Origin: Eledone cirrhosa
Taxonomy: Eukaryota
Length of the DNA stretch: 64,000 nt
NCBI GenBank assembly: GCA_964016885.1
Contig: OZ024741.1
Coordinates: forward strand, 310,434,001-310,498,000
Reading direction: 5' to 3'
Below the pieces are notes generated by a model. It was not told where the DNA came from, made no database searches, and saw only the letters and a program-made list of their open reading frames with translations. Positions 12,100-25,170 of this stretch are shown in pieces (within the stretch, counting starts at the first letter, position 1; each line of letters opens with the position of its first letter). The position numbers and the translations under genes are program-made.

Positions 12100-14490
12100 T
12101 AATTAGGTATACCTAGAAAGGGCAGAGGGAGAAAAACAATAGCTCATGTTCTTCGTCGCAAAGATCAGTTGAAGGAAGTGTATCGGATTGCAAGAGAGTG
12201 TGCTAGAGAAAATCGTGAAATAGTCGAAATGGTAGTGGAACACTTACCCTGTCTTATGCCGAAAAGAAGGAGACATAGAGTATTTACTATGAGAGCCTAC
12301 TGAATGAAGAGAATAAATGGGGGAGTAAGGGCTTACCACATGTAGATCTGACTAAGGGATCAGCTAAGAAGTTGACAGCAGTGAGATAGATGAAGCAATT
12401 AAGGACATGGAGGTAGAGAAAGCTACTCGTCCATCTGGTATATTTGTTGAGAGGCTAAAAGCATCCGGCATTGTAGGATATGTGCTAGTCGGTCATATAG
12501 TAATCAAGTAGTACAAGAAAGGTGTCATACCCAATGATTTCAGCAGCAAAGTTATGGTCAACTTCTACAAGGGTAATGAAGATTCACTAGAGAGAATAAG
12601 AACAGGTTTGATTTCGAGTGCTGTATGGCAGGATGAAAATCAATGCTGCGAAACTGAGACTCTCGTCATCTCAGGAATCTTGTGCTGTGCAATCTATATA
12701 TGAATGAAGTTCCACTTAAACACGGGGAGAAATTCAAGTATCTTGGGGCCATGTTCACAGGTGATGGAATGCATGAGGCTGAATTAAGTGCAAGAATTGC
12801 ACGAGCTGGTGCTGTAATGCGCCAGCTTCAGCAGCCGGTATTCAAAAGGGGAAAAATCTAAACTAGTTATCTTCAGTACGGTATTCATGTGAACAGTCAT
12901 TATGGTCATGAATCTTGGGTAATGACCAAACGAATATGATCGTGGATGCAAGCGTCAGAAATGGGGTTCCTTCAAAAAGTATTTTGAGTAACGTTACTCA
13001 ATAGAGTGCGTAGCTTGGAGATCAGGTCTCCCTCCAGGGAGAGTCGCTACTTCTCCGAATTGAGAGATTACAGATACGATACAATATGCAATTGTTTAGA
13101 ATGTCTCGGTGAAAAAATCGCTAGAAAGATTTTAGTGGTAAACGCAACCGGTAGGAAGCCCAGTGTCCGCGCAAGATGGTTGGATAACATCCATGAGCTC
13201 ATCTGGACGAGATTGGGGATAGAGCCGGATCATTTGGAGAGGGTTGCTTCTGACAAACCCACTGGAAGGAATGGTTGAAGACTCTTCCCCCACCCACAAC
13301 AATCTTAGGAAGAAGAAGAAGAAGAAGAAGAAGAAGAAGAAGAAGAAGAAGAAGAAGAAGAAGAAGAAGAAGAAGAAGAAGAAGAAGAATAGTGCCATTG
13401 ATTCCCCCTTTATAGTGCGACGACTGCTTGAGAGGTACTTAGTTAAGTGTAAGCCATTGTATCTGGATTTTGAAGATAGGGAGAATGCCTTTGACAGGGT
13501 CCCATTCTCTGTAATATGTTGGACACTTAGGTAATTAGATGTATATGAATGTCTTGTGAGAGCATTGTGGGCCATGTATAAAAAAGCTGGAAGCCAGTAG
13601 AGTGATGAAGTGCAGTTCGATGTCCACCAGGGCCCAGTCCTTAGTCCACTCCTATTTGTCACTGTTCTTCACTGTTCTTCACTGAGTATTTCAAAACTGG
13701 TACTCCGTGGGCGTTCCTATATGCTGATGATCTCTTACTTAAAATGAATCCGTAGGGCGGTAAGGGACAAAACTGAAAACATGCAAGAACCTAGAGAACC
13801 TAAAACTAGTTGCATCAAAAGGGCTAAGTACGAAAGAGGACAAGAAGGTGATACAATCAGGGCGATGGCTGTGTTCGATATGCCAGAAAATGGTGCACAG
13901 AGTGCAATCGATGGACTCACAAGAGATGTGGCTGATGCACAGTAGAAGGGACCCCTAAGAACTTGCGTGAAGGAGATTCCTTTAGCTTCCAGGTAAGCTC
14001 CTAGAAATTATCAACAGCCTTTGTTACTTAGGCGATCAAAATCACAAGTGTGGAGCATACACTGAAAGTGTGACAACCAGGATCAGAACAGGCTGGAAGA
14101 AGTTTAGAGAGCTGATAGCTCTTCGAACAACAAACATGTTCTCACTTGGAGTGAAGAGTAGACAGAATGATGCCTGTGGGCAAAGGGCAATGCTAAACGG
14201 CTGGGAAACGTGGGCCTTAATTACAGAAGACCTTCGAAGGCTGGAGAGAAATGACGACAGTATGCTCCGATTAATGTGTAATGCTAATGTGCATGGACGA
14301 TGTAGTAGAAATGAACTGAGAAGAAAACATTGTATAAGAGGATTTGGATGTTAATGCAAAAGAGAGATTACTCTGGTATGGATATGTGATACGTATGGAA
14401 GACAGCAGCTGAACAAAGAAATGCAGAGCAATCGCAGTGGCTGGAATACGAGGAAAAGGCAGACCAAAAAGACTTGTGATGACAAAGGAT
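12100..14490 (+). mobile_element. Degenerate RTE-clade LINE with a second RTE (12600-13389) nested inside, ending in a (GAA)n tail
   Basis: Outer element: KPLYLDFEDRENAFDRVP, VHQGPVLSPLLF, LYADDL, RIRTGWKKFREL. Inner element: KFKYLG, YGHESWVMT, ASEMGFL, RWLDNI, then (GAA)n at 13308-13389. Confidence 0.8.
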
Positions 14491-15209
14491 CGATTGGGCT
14501 GACGCTATGCTGCGTTAATGAAGACCCGACCAGAATCATAAGATATGACCTGACCCATCCATGAACAAGCCCCTCCCTCCTACTAATACTCCCCCTATCT
14601 GTCCACCCAAATGCGGCATCCACTACACATAAAACCTCGAGAACCATTCACACACTAAACACCTTAGATATCCTCACCATTGGCCAATAATAGCTGCCTT
14701 CTATCCTCATTGTTCACGCCACTCTACTAGCAAACCTTATCCCTCACTATCCCTTACCCATCTCTCTAACACGACCCCAATCTCTATCAACTACATTCTT
14801 CGCTAAATCTCCCTCTCCCCGTACACTAATAAGCTAACCCTAATTCATACCCATCCCTAACCCCGCTTTCTATCTCTCCATCACGCCCCATATCACCACC
14901 ATGTTGACCACATCCCTCACACCACTACACCCCATACACTAATCAGTAACTCCTACCCTTTAGTCATTGACCTGCCAAAGAAACCCCCACACATACCTAT
15001 AACTTCATACTTATCTCCCTCCCTTATTGTCCCTTCTCCATATTTAAGAGGGTTCTGTAGTTGGATTTATGGTCAACATCCCCAGAGTGGTTGGTGAGAG
15101 GAAGTTCACCTGCTGTAGATTCCATACATAAAAGAATTGAGCTAACCCTGTAGTTGTTTTAAAAACACAACCTCCTTAGTTCTGGTGATCTACACAATAA
15201 AAGCAATCA

Positions 15210-15437
15210 GTACACGCTACAAAGCAGTTGGTGATACGAAAGGGATACAGTCGGAGAAAGTTTATTAAACAAAGGGTGAGTAGGACATTTCAGTTTGTGT
15301 CAAAAAACAACTTCTCGATATGACCTTGGCCTGTCTGGTAGGTCAATAGCTACGCGTCAGTAGTAATTTGTTCGATGTAATCCGGCCCAACACATGCTTG
15401 CAGATGAAAGCGGACGTCAAATGATGAGGATGATGAC
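15210..15437 (+). mobile_element. SINE / RTE-type 3' tail ending in (GAT)n
   Basis: ..CCAACACATGCTTGCAGATGAAAGCGGACGTCAAATGATGAGGATGATGA; a second copy lies at ~47255-47479. Confidence 0.55.
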
Positions 15438-15559
15438 ATATACACACACACACACTAATATATATATATATTGGATAACAAATTATCGTTATAGGTAATC
15501 CAGTTAGAGGTTCTGAGTACTCTGTATTGTGGATAGTTTTAATGTACGGCGTTGTGTGA

Positions 15560-15842
15560 CACAAGAGGTTTACTTAGTTAGGTGGCGAGATCCCGGGAAT
15601 TCCTATGCAGGTTAATCTTGGAGTCATAATAGTGAAATAGTGAAGAATAACATCGCCAACAGTACAACAACGATTTTATTTACAGTATTAAAAATTGTTT
15701 CATTGATTAGGAAGTGTCACTCAATCTTAAATACAATGTATGCCTAATCAAATCATCGGAATAACTGAGTTATTCCGATCAATGAAACAATACTGTAAAT
15801 AAAACCCTTTTCGTACTGTTGAATATGTTATTCTTCACTCTT

Positions 15843-15849
<7 letters not shown>
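15560..15849. repeat. Fold-back element (family B)
   Basis: 15629-15708 is the imperfect reverse complement of 15778-15849. An inner palindrome ATCGGAATAACTGAGTTATTCCGAT is present, and the element abuts (TA)n. Confidence 0.8.
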
Positions 15850-15900
<51 letters not shown>

Positions 15901-16032
15901 TTTATTAATTAAAATAACAGATTAAAGTTTAAGCAAAGAATCGGTGCTTTCACCCTTAACGGGATCTTCTGAAACTAACGAAGTCCATTTGCTCTACGGT
16001 TCTTATATATTTGATATATATATATATATTAT

Positions 16033-16578
<546 letters not shown>

Positions 16579-17063
16579 TACATACATACATACATACATA
16601 CATAATACATACTGACAAATACGGGTATTGACTCCAAGTCAACTATTATTTTGGACCTCTAGTGTTAGGTTGGAGGATCAGGTATGACAGTATTAATGAA
16701 AATGAGAAAAATATTTGAGGACAGACACGTAATTAAAGCATTCAATAAGTGAATAAGATAACAAATGAGCTTTTATCTTACCAGCTGCTAAAGTTGACTG
16801 CCATGTTAATAATATAATAAATCCAGCAATAGAAAGGCAGGACATTGCAAGCCGAGTTAAATTATAAATCGAAAGTGAGGAACATTCAGCTGTTTTATAT
16901 TTTGTCACGACGTTGCTAACGGAATTATCGTTAGCGTTCAGTGTCACGAGACGGCGTGTGCACCCTTTGTGCTAAACTTCAGTAGATTACTCCTGTTCTA
17001 TTTCACTATATAATATGTTTATGAAGTAATGACTGTTTTAGATTTAGTGTTATACATATATTT

Positions 17064-18107
17064 ACCAGATAGAAAAATGCGTACAGCAAAAAAAAGTAAT
17101 ATTGTTGGAATATAAACCTTTAAAAATACAGGACAAGAAACTAAAATAAAACTTTAAAAGAATAGGACAAGAAACTAAGATAAATCTTTAAAAGAATAGG
17201 ACAAGAAACTAAGATAAAACTTTAAAGAATTGGATAAGAAATAAAAAAATTTACAATAATATTAGTGGCAAAATTTTTATTGGTAAAAAATCGAGTTCCA
17301 CATTCATAGGCTCTGGGTTCCACATTCAGAGGTAGTCGTCAGACCGGGGGGATCATTTGATCCTGGTTTGAACACCAATTGGGCCATAACCATACCCCTA
17401 TTTCATCATTCGGCGACACGCCTCATGTGTCATGCATAATGTGAATGGACCCATGGGCCCATGAGCACAGATCTTGAGCAGCAGCGGACGGTCTTGTCGT
17501 CCCCCTCATCCTTGATCTTGACCAACCCGTCCATCTTCTCCTTGCATCTTGTCCTTGAGTTCAAGTCCGGCAGTCCAGATGAATGCGTGCCACAGCTTTC
17601 TGGTACAGGAAGGGGGAGCAGGAGGACTGGAGGGATGACGGGACAGAGGGAGGGAGGACCGGTGGTTGAGGGAGGTGCCGTAGTCGGTGGTCAGAGTCGA
17701 CATCTTGTCCCGGTCGTCTTCTCCATCTTCGTCTGGTGTTACGGGACCAGAAGTACATTCTTGGAGGAGACCTGCAGCTGCATCGGCCAATTCTTCTTGC
17801 AATGGTCATTCTGACGGAGCAGAACTGCTCAGCCAACCAACCCCAACAAGAACCAACCGCTCAGGGGCAACGCACAATGAGAGCATGACAATTATTATGC
17901 ACTAATCAAGAAGATACTGGGGCATAGCACAGGAAACGAATAATATTATTGTAAATTTTTTTATTTCTTGTCCAATTCTTTAAAGTTTTATCTTAGTTTC
18001 TTGTCCTATTCTTTTAAAGTTTTATTTTAGTTTCTTGTCCTGTATTTTTAAAGGTTTATATTCCAACAATATTACATTTTTTTGCTGTACGCATTTTTCT
18101 ATCTGGT
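17064..18107. mobile_element. Inverted-repeat element with ~165-200-bp arms (internal ~32-bp subrepeats) and a GC-rich core
   Basis: 17064-17262 is the reverse complement of 17942-18107. The left arm has one more AGGACAAGAAACTAAGATAAAACTTTAAAAGAAT-type unit. Absent from duplication copy B at ~48509. Confidence 0.85.
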
Positions 18108-18704
18108 CTACTATTTTTTAAGGCAATGCAAGCAACAACTACCTAATAATTAAATGATCATAGTGAATTACTGACAAGTGATTGACATTTTAAAGTTCTT
18201 TTGAGTATAATTGCAATCTAGTTGAGGCAACTGGCTTAATGACAAAGCTACGTCATTTCTGGATTACCTCCCCTAGCGTCACGCTTACTACTCACTCACT
18301 TGAACAAGATTTATCAGCAAACTTTGATTATAAACTTTTTCCCGCTGGACCAAATTTCTAGATTTTTAAGCCAAAAGATGCGTAATGATCTACTGTTCAT
18401 GCTCATATAAGTTTTATCTCAGTTAAATAAAGTAGAGCCGCGCTGTACTGTCGTAAACAGACGATTGCCAACGAAAACACGACCACAACAATATTACTAA
18501 ACGGACTAACGTCCGTTTAGGATTTATTTATTGATACAGAATGGGAAGAGAAATAATCTTGGCATTTTCAGTTCTGTCGTAGTGGACGAAACTGAGAGGA
18601 AGAAAGAGTAGAGATGTATGTTCCAGACATGACCCGAATAGATCCAAACCACTTAAGTCTGGTAAAGGTACACAGATATTAGATGGTGATGTTACACTAT
18701 ACAT

Positions 18705-18825
18705 AATTGTTTCTACTTTTGGCACAAGGCCAGCAAATTACCCAGTACATTACTGGTACTTTATTTTATCGACCCCGTAAGGATGAAAGGCAAAGTTAAC
18801 CTCGACGGGATTTGAACTCAGACCG
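18705..18825 (-). mobile_element. tRNA-derived SINE, 5'-truncated
   Basis: Reverse complement of the SINE at 10032. Flanked by the direct repeat GTTACACTATACATAAT and absent from copy B. Confidence 0.85.
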
Positions 18826-18878
18826 TTACACTATACATAATGACAATCTTTCTGTTTCAGGGAACGGTTATTATTATT

Positions 18879-19830
18879 GGACGTACATGTGTGAAGACGT
18901 TGCAAGTCTGTGAGAGAAAAGGTTCGTAATTTTAAGCTGTTTTAAAGTATTATTTTGTGTATTTTCTTGTCGATAACGGTGCATAAGATACCCACTCTGG
19001 TTCGAGGGAGAAGAGACCTCTCAATATTCGGGCTTTAAGCCCGAATGTTCGGATTTATTAAAAAATAACTTTGAAAACTTTGAAAACTTACAGGTCAAAA
19101 GGTCAAAAACAGCGACTAGAGCTCCCAATACTACTACCAATCCTACCATAGACATGTGCGATATGTCTCTTGTCAACCCTACTGAACAAGACAAGGGTGC
19201 GGTTAACAACACTGTATCGCCTCCAACCAAACATCACCACCATCACAACAACAACCAAGAAAAACAACAACATCAACAACTTCAATATAAACACTAATAA
19301 AGAGGAGGAAGGGCAGGCAGTTTTCATCTACCTGGTGGCCATGGCGAAAAGGATTGTGTGGTGGACAAGGTTGAAAGGGTTGAAGACGGACACTTTTCTC
19401 TTCGGCAAATCCCTGATTAACCTTTTCAAGTTTCACTTGAAGAGGAAAATCAGGGTGGAGAGTCAAGTGCTGTCTTCTAGCAAGTTTGTTGAAAGGTGGG
19501 TGAATGTAGCGAGAATGGTTCGAGTGAACGGGACCGCTGTGAATATACGCTTGTAATTTGAGGAATGGGAAAAAACTGAGAGAAGGCGCTTGCCCTGGTG
19601 GTCAGGGTGGCCGTGGTCCTTTGTGTGGTACTCGCCACGAGTAAGCCTCGGAGGTTTCGCCCCTATTGGGGAATTTTTCATTGTTTTAATTTTAATTTTT
19701 ATTGTTTATATATATATATATATGTTTCTATGTATTTTTTTCGTTTTCGTTTCTTATATAAATAATAAAAATCTGTACACGCACAAAACCTACATCGTAC
19801 CGTCCTTGTGGCCAATAAATAAATCATTAT
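18879..19830 (+). mobile_element. Tx1/L1-clade composite: 5' UTR/ORF1 start joined to the ORF2 3' end of a related element
   Basis: 18879-19300 matches 48860-49097 plus 53290-53452. 19300-19556 is homologous to 58075-58325 (RLKGLKTDTFLFGKSLINLFKFHL). It ends AATAAATAAATCATTATTAG. Confidence 0.8.
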
Positions 19831-19840
19831 TAGTATTATT

Positions 19841-22332
19841 GGCGACCTACGAAGGAAATCGTATTATCGTGAGCTCCACAATGGTTTGTTGTTTTCAGTT
19901 GTTTCAAATTGGCAGTTATGGAAAATGTATGTGTTTATAACTGTTTATAAGTTTTACATATATTGATATCTATAAAGGACACTCAATAATTTTGGGTGGG
20001 GCCTTTGAGCCCAAAATTTAAACTTTTATTTATCAAACAAAATATTTCTTAAAAAAAAACATGAACGACAAATCTCCTGTTTTTAAGAGACAAACACCCC
20101 CCACTCCACCATTGTAAAGCTTGCCACGGTTGCCAACACTGAAAATATAATTAATAGCAGCCTCAATTATTTAAATTTGCCGCATACAGACTTGGATTTC
20201 CCACCATTACCAATAACTGCAGGTGTTAAAGCCGCCACCCCCACCTTCACAGTGTCAAAAAGAACAACCAACACCACTGATAACGCTACCACCAAAAAGA
20301 ACCCCCAAAAGAAAAAAATCCCTTTCCTTCGCCCTCCAAAAACAAAATGTAGGGGGAAACAAATAAGCAAACAAACAAAAAGGTTAAGACAGCTATACCA
20401 CCCACACCAGCATCACCAGCCGCATAACCAAAAACACCAGCATCATGACCACCATCATTAACCCCACAACCACCATCACCAACACCACAAAAATCACCAA
20501 AAAGCGAAACAGAAACAAACCCACAGGAAACGCAAACAAAACAAAACAACCATAACGATACACACTACACAGCATTAAATTTGAACAATAACCATTTATT
20601 ACACTACATCCAACACAACACCAGCATCACAGAAAAAGACTACACAACACCGCAAAAGTTCACACCACTTCCGCACATACAAATCACTCGCATCACACAG
20701 AAAACGTACACGACACTAAAACAAAAGTTCCCCAAGGACATCGGATTCTTCTGACAAACACTCTCCAGGAGGATTTATAAGGACATCCTTCCGGAGGAGG
20801 CCACACGCAGTGAGAAGGATGGAGAAACCATCCTTCCTCTACGAGATGTGAGGTAAGTGATCTTTTCTATCTTTTTCCACTCCTTTTCAACATGACCTCA
20901 CTCAGAATAGGCAGCATAAATGCGCGTGGCTTGGGGTCGTCATGGAAGCAGGGCCACCTGCTCAACGACCTCAGGTCACTAAACATAGATGTGGTGGCCA
21001 TCAGCGGGACCAGAATCTCCGAAGCATGAGCCTTCGCACCGATCTCGGCGGCTACGATGTGTACACATTTCCCAGTCGTGCTGGATCGGGGCGTGGAGTT
21101 GCTCTGCTTTTCCGGAGAGGTTTGGATCTCACCATAGCGGCCATCTTCCTGGACCCAGAAGGTAAGTTGGTGGTGCTCGACGTGACCAGCGGAGACGGGC
21201 AAGCTTTCAGGTTAGTGGTCGTGAATGTATCGACAGGAACAGGGCGGCCTGATTTCTTCCGGCGTCTGGAGACCTTTCTTGGAACGGCCCGCTCTTTAGT
21301 GTTAGTGGGCGACTGGAACGGGATCTTAGATGCACGCTGGGAATGTGTGGGATTAGCGGATAGGGGAGGAGGGTGTAAAAGCCTCGCAAACCTGCTCAGA
21401 CGGTTTCCAAGGTCTGAGAGGTACCGTCTGGATTTCTTGAATGTGCCAATGTGGACATGGACAAACCGCATTGGGTCATCCAGATCATATCTAGATAGGG
21501 TATTTTGTAGGGAAATAGATAGGTCTAGCATAGGCTGTCCACATTTCAAAATAGTCGACTACACGGACCACAAATTCATGATCTGTGAGGTTGACTTATA
21601 TAGGCTTCATAGACAGGGACCCGGCTACTGGAAGCTAAATGCGTCATTAACAGCGCTCAAGGCCTACAGAGAGAGACCGGATTAGCGAACTAGTTAAGCG
21701 AGCGTTGACGGAGTCCATCGTCAACAACAAATGGTGGTTTCCTCTGAAGAGAGCGATTAGAATAGAGTCCATTAGGTTTAGTAAGGCTTTAGCAATAGAG
21801 AAAAATAGAGCAGAGGGAGGACTGGCTAGAAAATTAGACGAGGCGCTTAATAAAGGCATCGCGACCGACGTACTTGCGGCGAAATTGGCCCTTGACCAAT
21901 TCTTCAATGCAAAGCACGAAGGCTGCGTTGTCAGAGCTAGGGTGCGTGCTCTCAGACGCGAGAAGACGAAAGCCGTTCAATGGGTCGTGGCAACAAAGCC
22001 ACGATCCCCTCTTTGGTGGACCACGATGGTGCATGCTACTCGATTCCGGGAAAATGTGTGAAACTTCACTCAGTTGTTCGGGGGCAGCGGCGGTGCGGAT
22101 CGAGGGATGGACTTTAGTGTCTACCTCGACGGACTGCCGCGGCTCTCGGCCACTGAGGCGGAGTGTTCCTAAAGGCCGATAACAGCCGCTGAAGTACGGA
22201 AAGCAATGACTGGCTGCACAAGAGGTATAGCGCCTGGTTTGGATAGTCTGCCCTACGAACTTTACGTACAGATGCCAGACCTGTACGGAGGCCTCTTAGC
22301 GGACGTCTACTGCAACTGGCAACAGAACGGGA
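19841..22332 (+). mobile_element. Tx1/L1-clade LINE, 3'-truncated (ORF1 remnant, APE endonuclease, start of RT)
   Basis: ORF2 starts MTSLRIGSINARGL at ~20892, then GVALLF, LVGDWNGILD, SYLDRVF, TDHK, GYWKLN and APGLDSLPYELY. Confidence 0.88.
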
Positions 22333-22721
22333 GATTAGGCTGCTCAGCCGTTAATATGCGTAAGGAAAGTGTATACTTTCAGACGTTCAATCATCTGGCA
22401 GGAAGGTATACGTTGCTGACGATAGATAATAAGCTTGAAACTAGTACAGCGTTCCTTTGTTGAACAAAAGAGCAACGATGTTTGCTAGACACTGTACGGC
22501 TCAATACGGGATGTTTGTTTACAAACACACCGAGCATTATAATAAATGTTCGGTGAATCCATACGTACATATATATATGTGTGCATGTATGTATATATAT
22601 ATACATATATGTACGTCTGTATACATATATGTATGTACGTATACATACTTATATTTAAGTAATAGCCGTACGAAGAGTGAGAAATGAAATTTCGTTTCAT
22701 TTTTTCCGTTTATATATATAT

Positions 22722-22957
22722 AGAATAGCTTTCACCGTATTTTTGACTAAAGGAATTTTAGCCTAAAATGGGGTTTAGAACCCTCAGATAAATGGAAAAT
22801 GATGAGTGTTGATATATATGTCAATACTCATCTTTTTCCATTTATCTGAGGGTTCTAAATCCCATTATCAGGCTAAAATTCCTTTAGTAAAAAATACGGT
22901 GAAAGCTATTCAATTTTCTAATTTCAAACCTGCTCACTGTTTCAAAACATACTTACT
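22722..22957. repeat. Second family-C palindrome lacking the tRNA heads
   Basis: 22722-22812 is the reverse complement of 22818-22911. Homologous to the arms at 16133-16578; here the right arm carries the ~45-nt extension. Confidence 0.85.
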
Positions 22958-22959
22958 TG

Positions 22960-22989
<30 letters not shown>

Positions 22990-22994
<5 letters not shown>

Positions 22995-24076
22995 GGTTAA
23001 CACAAATCAATATATTTGATAAACACAAATATCCTCATATTTATGTTTGTATTGTAAATGACCAAGTTAGCTAGATAGAAATATACTAATAATAATATTA
23101 CAGTTTGCCTATCATGACTTAAGATAATACATCATAAATCAACAAAAACAAATTGTACTGGCAATGGCCGTAGTGCTTGGACAAATTTAAATTTCAAAAT
23201 CAAACCTGTTCCGTAGACGGGTTTAAACCTTAAAATCCAAATATGTTTCGAATAATGAAAAAGTGGAAGAAAATACCGCATTTTGATCCCCTCAGCAAGC
23301 ACTATAAAAATTGGTATGTTCCACTTCAAAATATTTAGGAAGACTGTTTAGCGCACGAGGTAACCTCATGCGGTTATCCAGTGTCTAGCTAGCCTCATAC
23401 TCGTGCTGCTAGAAATAACAGCCGTTTGTATGTGGCTAAAATCAGCTCAACGAAGGAGCAGTGAAAAATCAATAATAATGAGTTCAAATCTCAGGCGATC
23501 ATTTACAATGAAATAGCTCTAAGAAAGAAAGAGTATTTCTGAGCCGTGTAATATAGGTTAATACAAATCAATATATTTGATAAACACAAATATCCTCATA
23601 TTTATGTTTGTATTGTAAATGACCAAGTTAGCTAGATAAAAATATACTACTAATAATATTACAGTTTGCCTATCATGACTTAAGATAATACATCATAAAT
23701 CAACAAAAACAAATTGTACTGGCAATGGCCGTAGTGCTTGGACAAATTTAAATTTCAAAATCAAACCTGTTCCGTAGACGGGTTTAAACCTTAAAATCCA
23801 AATATGTTTCGAATAATGAAAAAGTGGAAGAAAATACCGCCTTTTGATCTCCACAGCAAGCACTATAAAAATTGGTATGTTCCACTTCAAAATATTTAGG
23901 AAGACTGTTTAGCGCACGAGGTAACCTCATGCGGTTATCCAGTGTCTAGCTAGCCTCATACTCGTGCTGCTAGAAATAACAGCCGTTTGTATGGGGCTAA
24001 AATCAGCTCAACGAAGGAGCAGTGAAAAATCAATAATAATGAGTTCAAATCTCAGGCGATCATTTACAATGAAATA
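22990..24076 (+). repeat. Near-identical tandem duplication, period ~561 bp
   Basis: ORFs 23132-23329 and 23693-23890 differ at only 3 residues. Both units start TATAGGTTAA and end CATTTACAATGAAATA. Confidence 0.93.
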
Positions 24077-24094
24077 TATATATATATATATATA

Positions 24095-24190
<96 letters not shown>

Positions 24191-24199
24191 CCTATATAT

Positions 24200-25170
24200 T
24201 TTCAATTCTAATCATCCTAGAAGTATTAAAAACACTATTGTCAATAGCGTCAAACAACGGATTTCACGCATCTCCGCTAATAAAAATATTTTTGATGATA
24301 AGGCTGAATATTATAATAAAGCTTTACATAGAGCAGGATACTCAAATAGAATTAAATACATAGATAACAATAACATGACATATCATCCTAGTATTAACTT
24401 AAACACTAAACCAAACAAAAAAAAACTAGAACTTGAAATATTATTTGGTATTCTCCCTCATTCTCATTAAGCGTTAAAACACCTTTAGCAAAGCTATTCT
24501 TTAAATCACTTTCATAAATGTTTTACTAAAGCCCACATATACCCCTCTATTTTTAACAGACACACTATAAAACTATCCTGTTCTACTACTATGAACATAG
24601 CACACAATATAAATAGAATTAATAACAGAAACTTAAATTTAAACCCTAACCAAACTAACCAAAATAGCAATAATAATATTTCTAACAACAATATTCTGAA
24701 TAATGGTACCGTTCTGAACAACAATAACTCTAGTAAATGTAACTGTAGAATCAAATCAAACTGCACTTTATAAAATAATTGTCTAGACAAAAACATAGTT
24801 TATAAATGCCCAGTTAAAACTAGAGACAAAATGTTTATCTATGTGGGTGCCAATTCAACAAAATTTAAAGAATGCTGGAATAACCATAATCATACATTTA
24901 GGAGATCTGATAAAAAAAGCTTCTACTTCACTTTCACATCTAATTTGGAATTTAAAAGACAACAATATAGACTATTCAATATCTTGGAGAACGATTTCAG
25001 AAGCACCTGCATACCGAAATGCGGCTTTATCAAGTTTCTGTAAATTGTGTATCGAAGAAATTTTTTATATAATTAACTGTCAAAACTCTATTAATCTCAG
25101 AACAGAATTATTTTCTTCTTGCAAACATCGCCAAAATTGCACGTTCAGAACTATTTTTAATTTATAATAT
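24200..25170 (+). mobile_element. Penelope-like element (Naiad-like): RT thumb plus GIY-YIG, disrupted
   Basis: [25 protein letters not shown]; KCNCRIKSNCTL*NNCL..IVYKC; YVGA..FKECWNNH; LSHLIWNLKD..CKLCIEE..NLRTELFSSCKH. Confidence 0.85.

Noticed and set aside
17125-17245. CRISPR-like array of ~32-bp repeats
   Set aside because: Contiguous tandem units without spacers, inside a eukaryotic inverted repeat.
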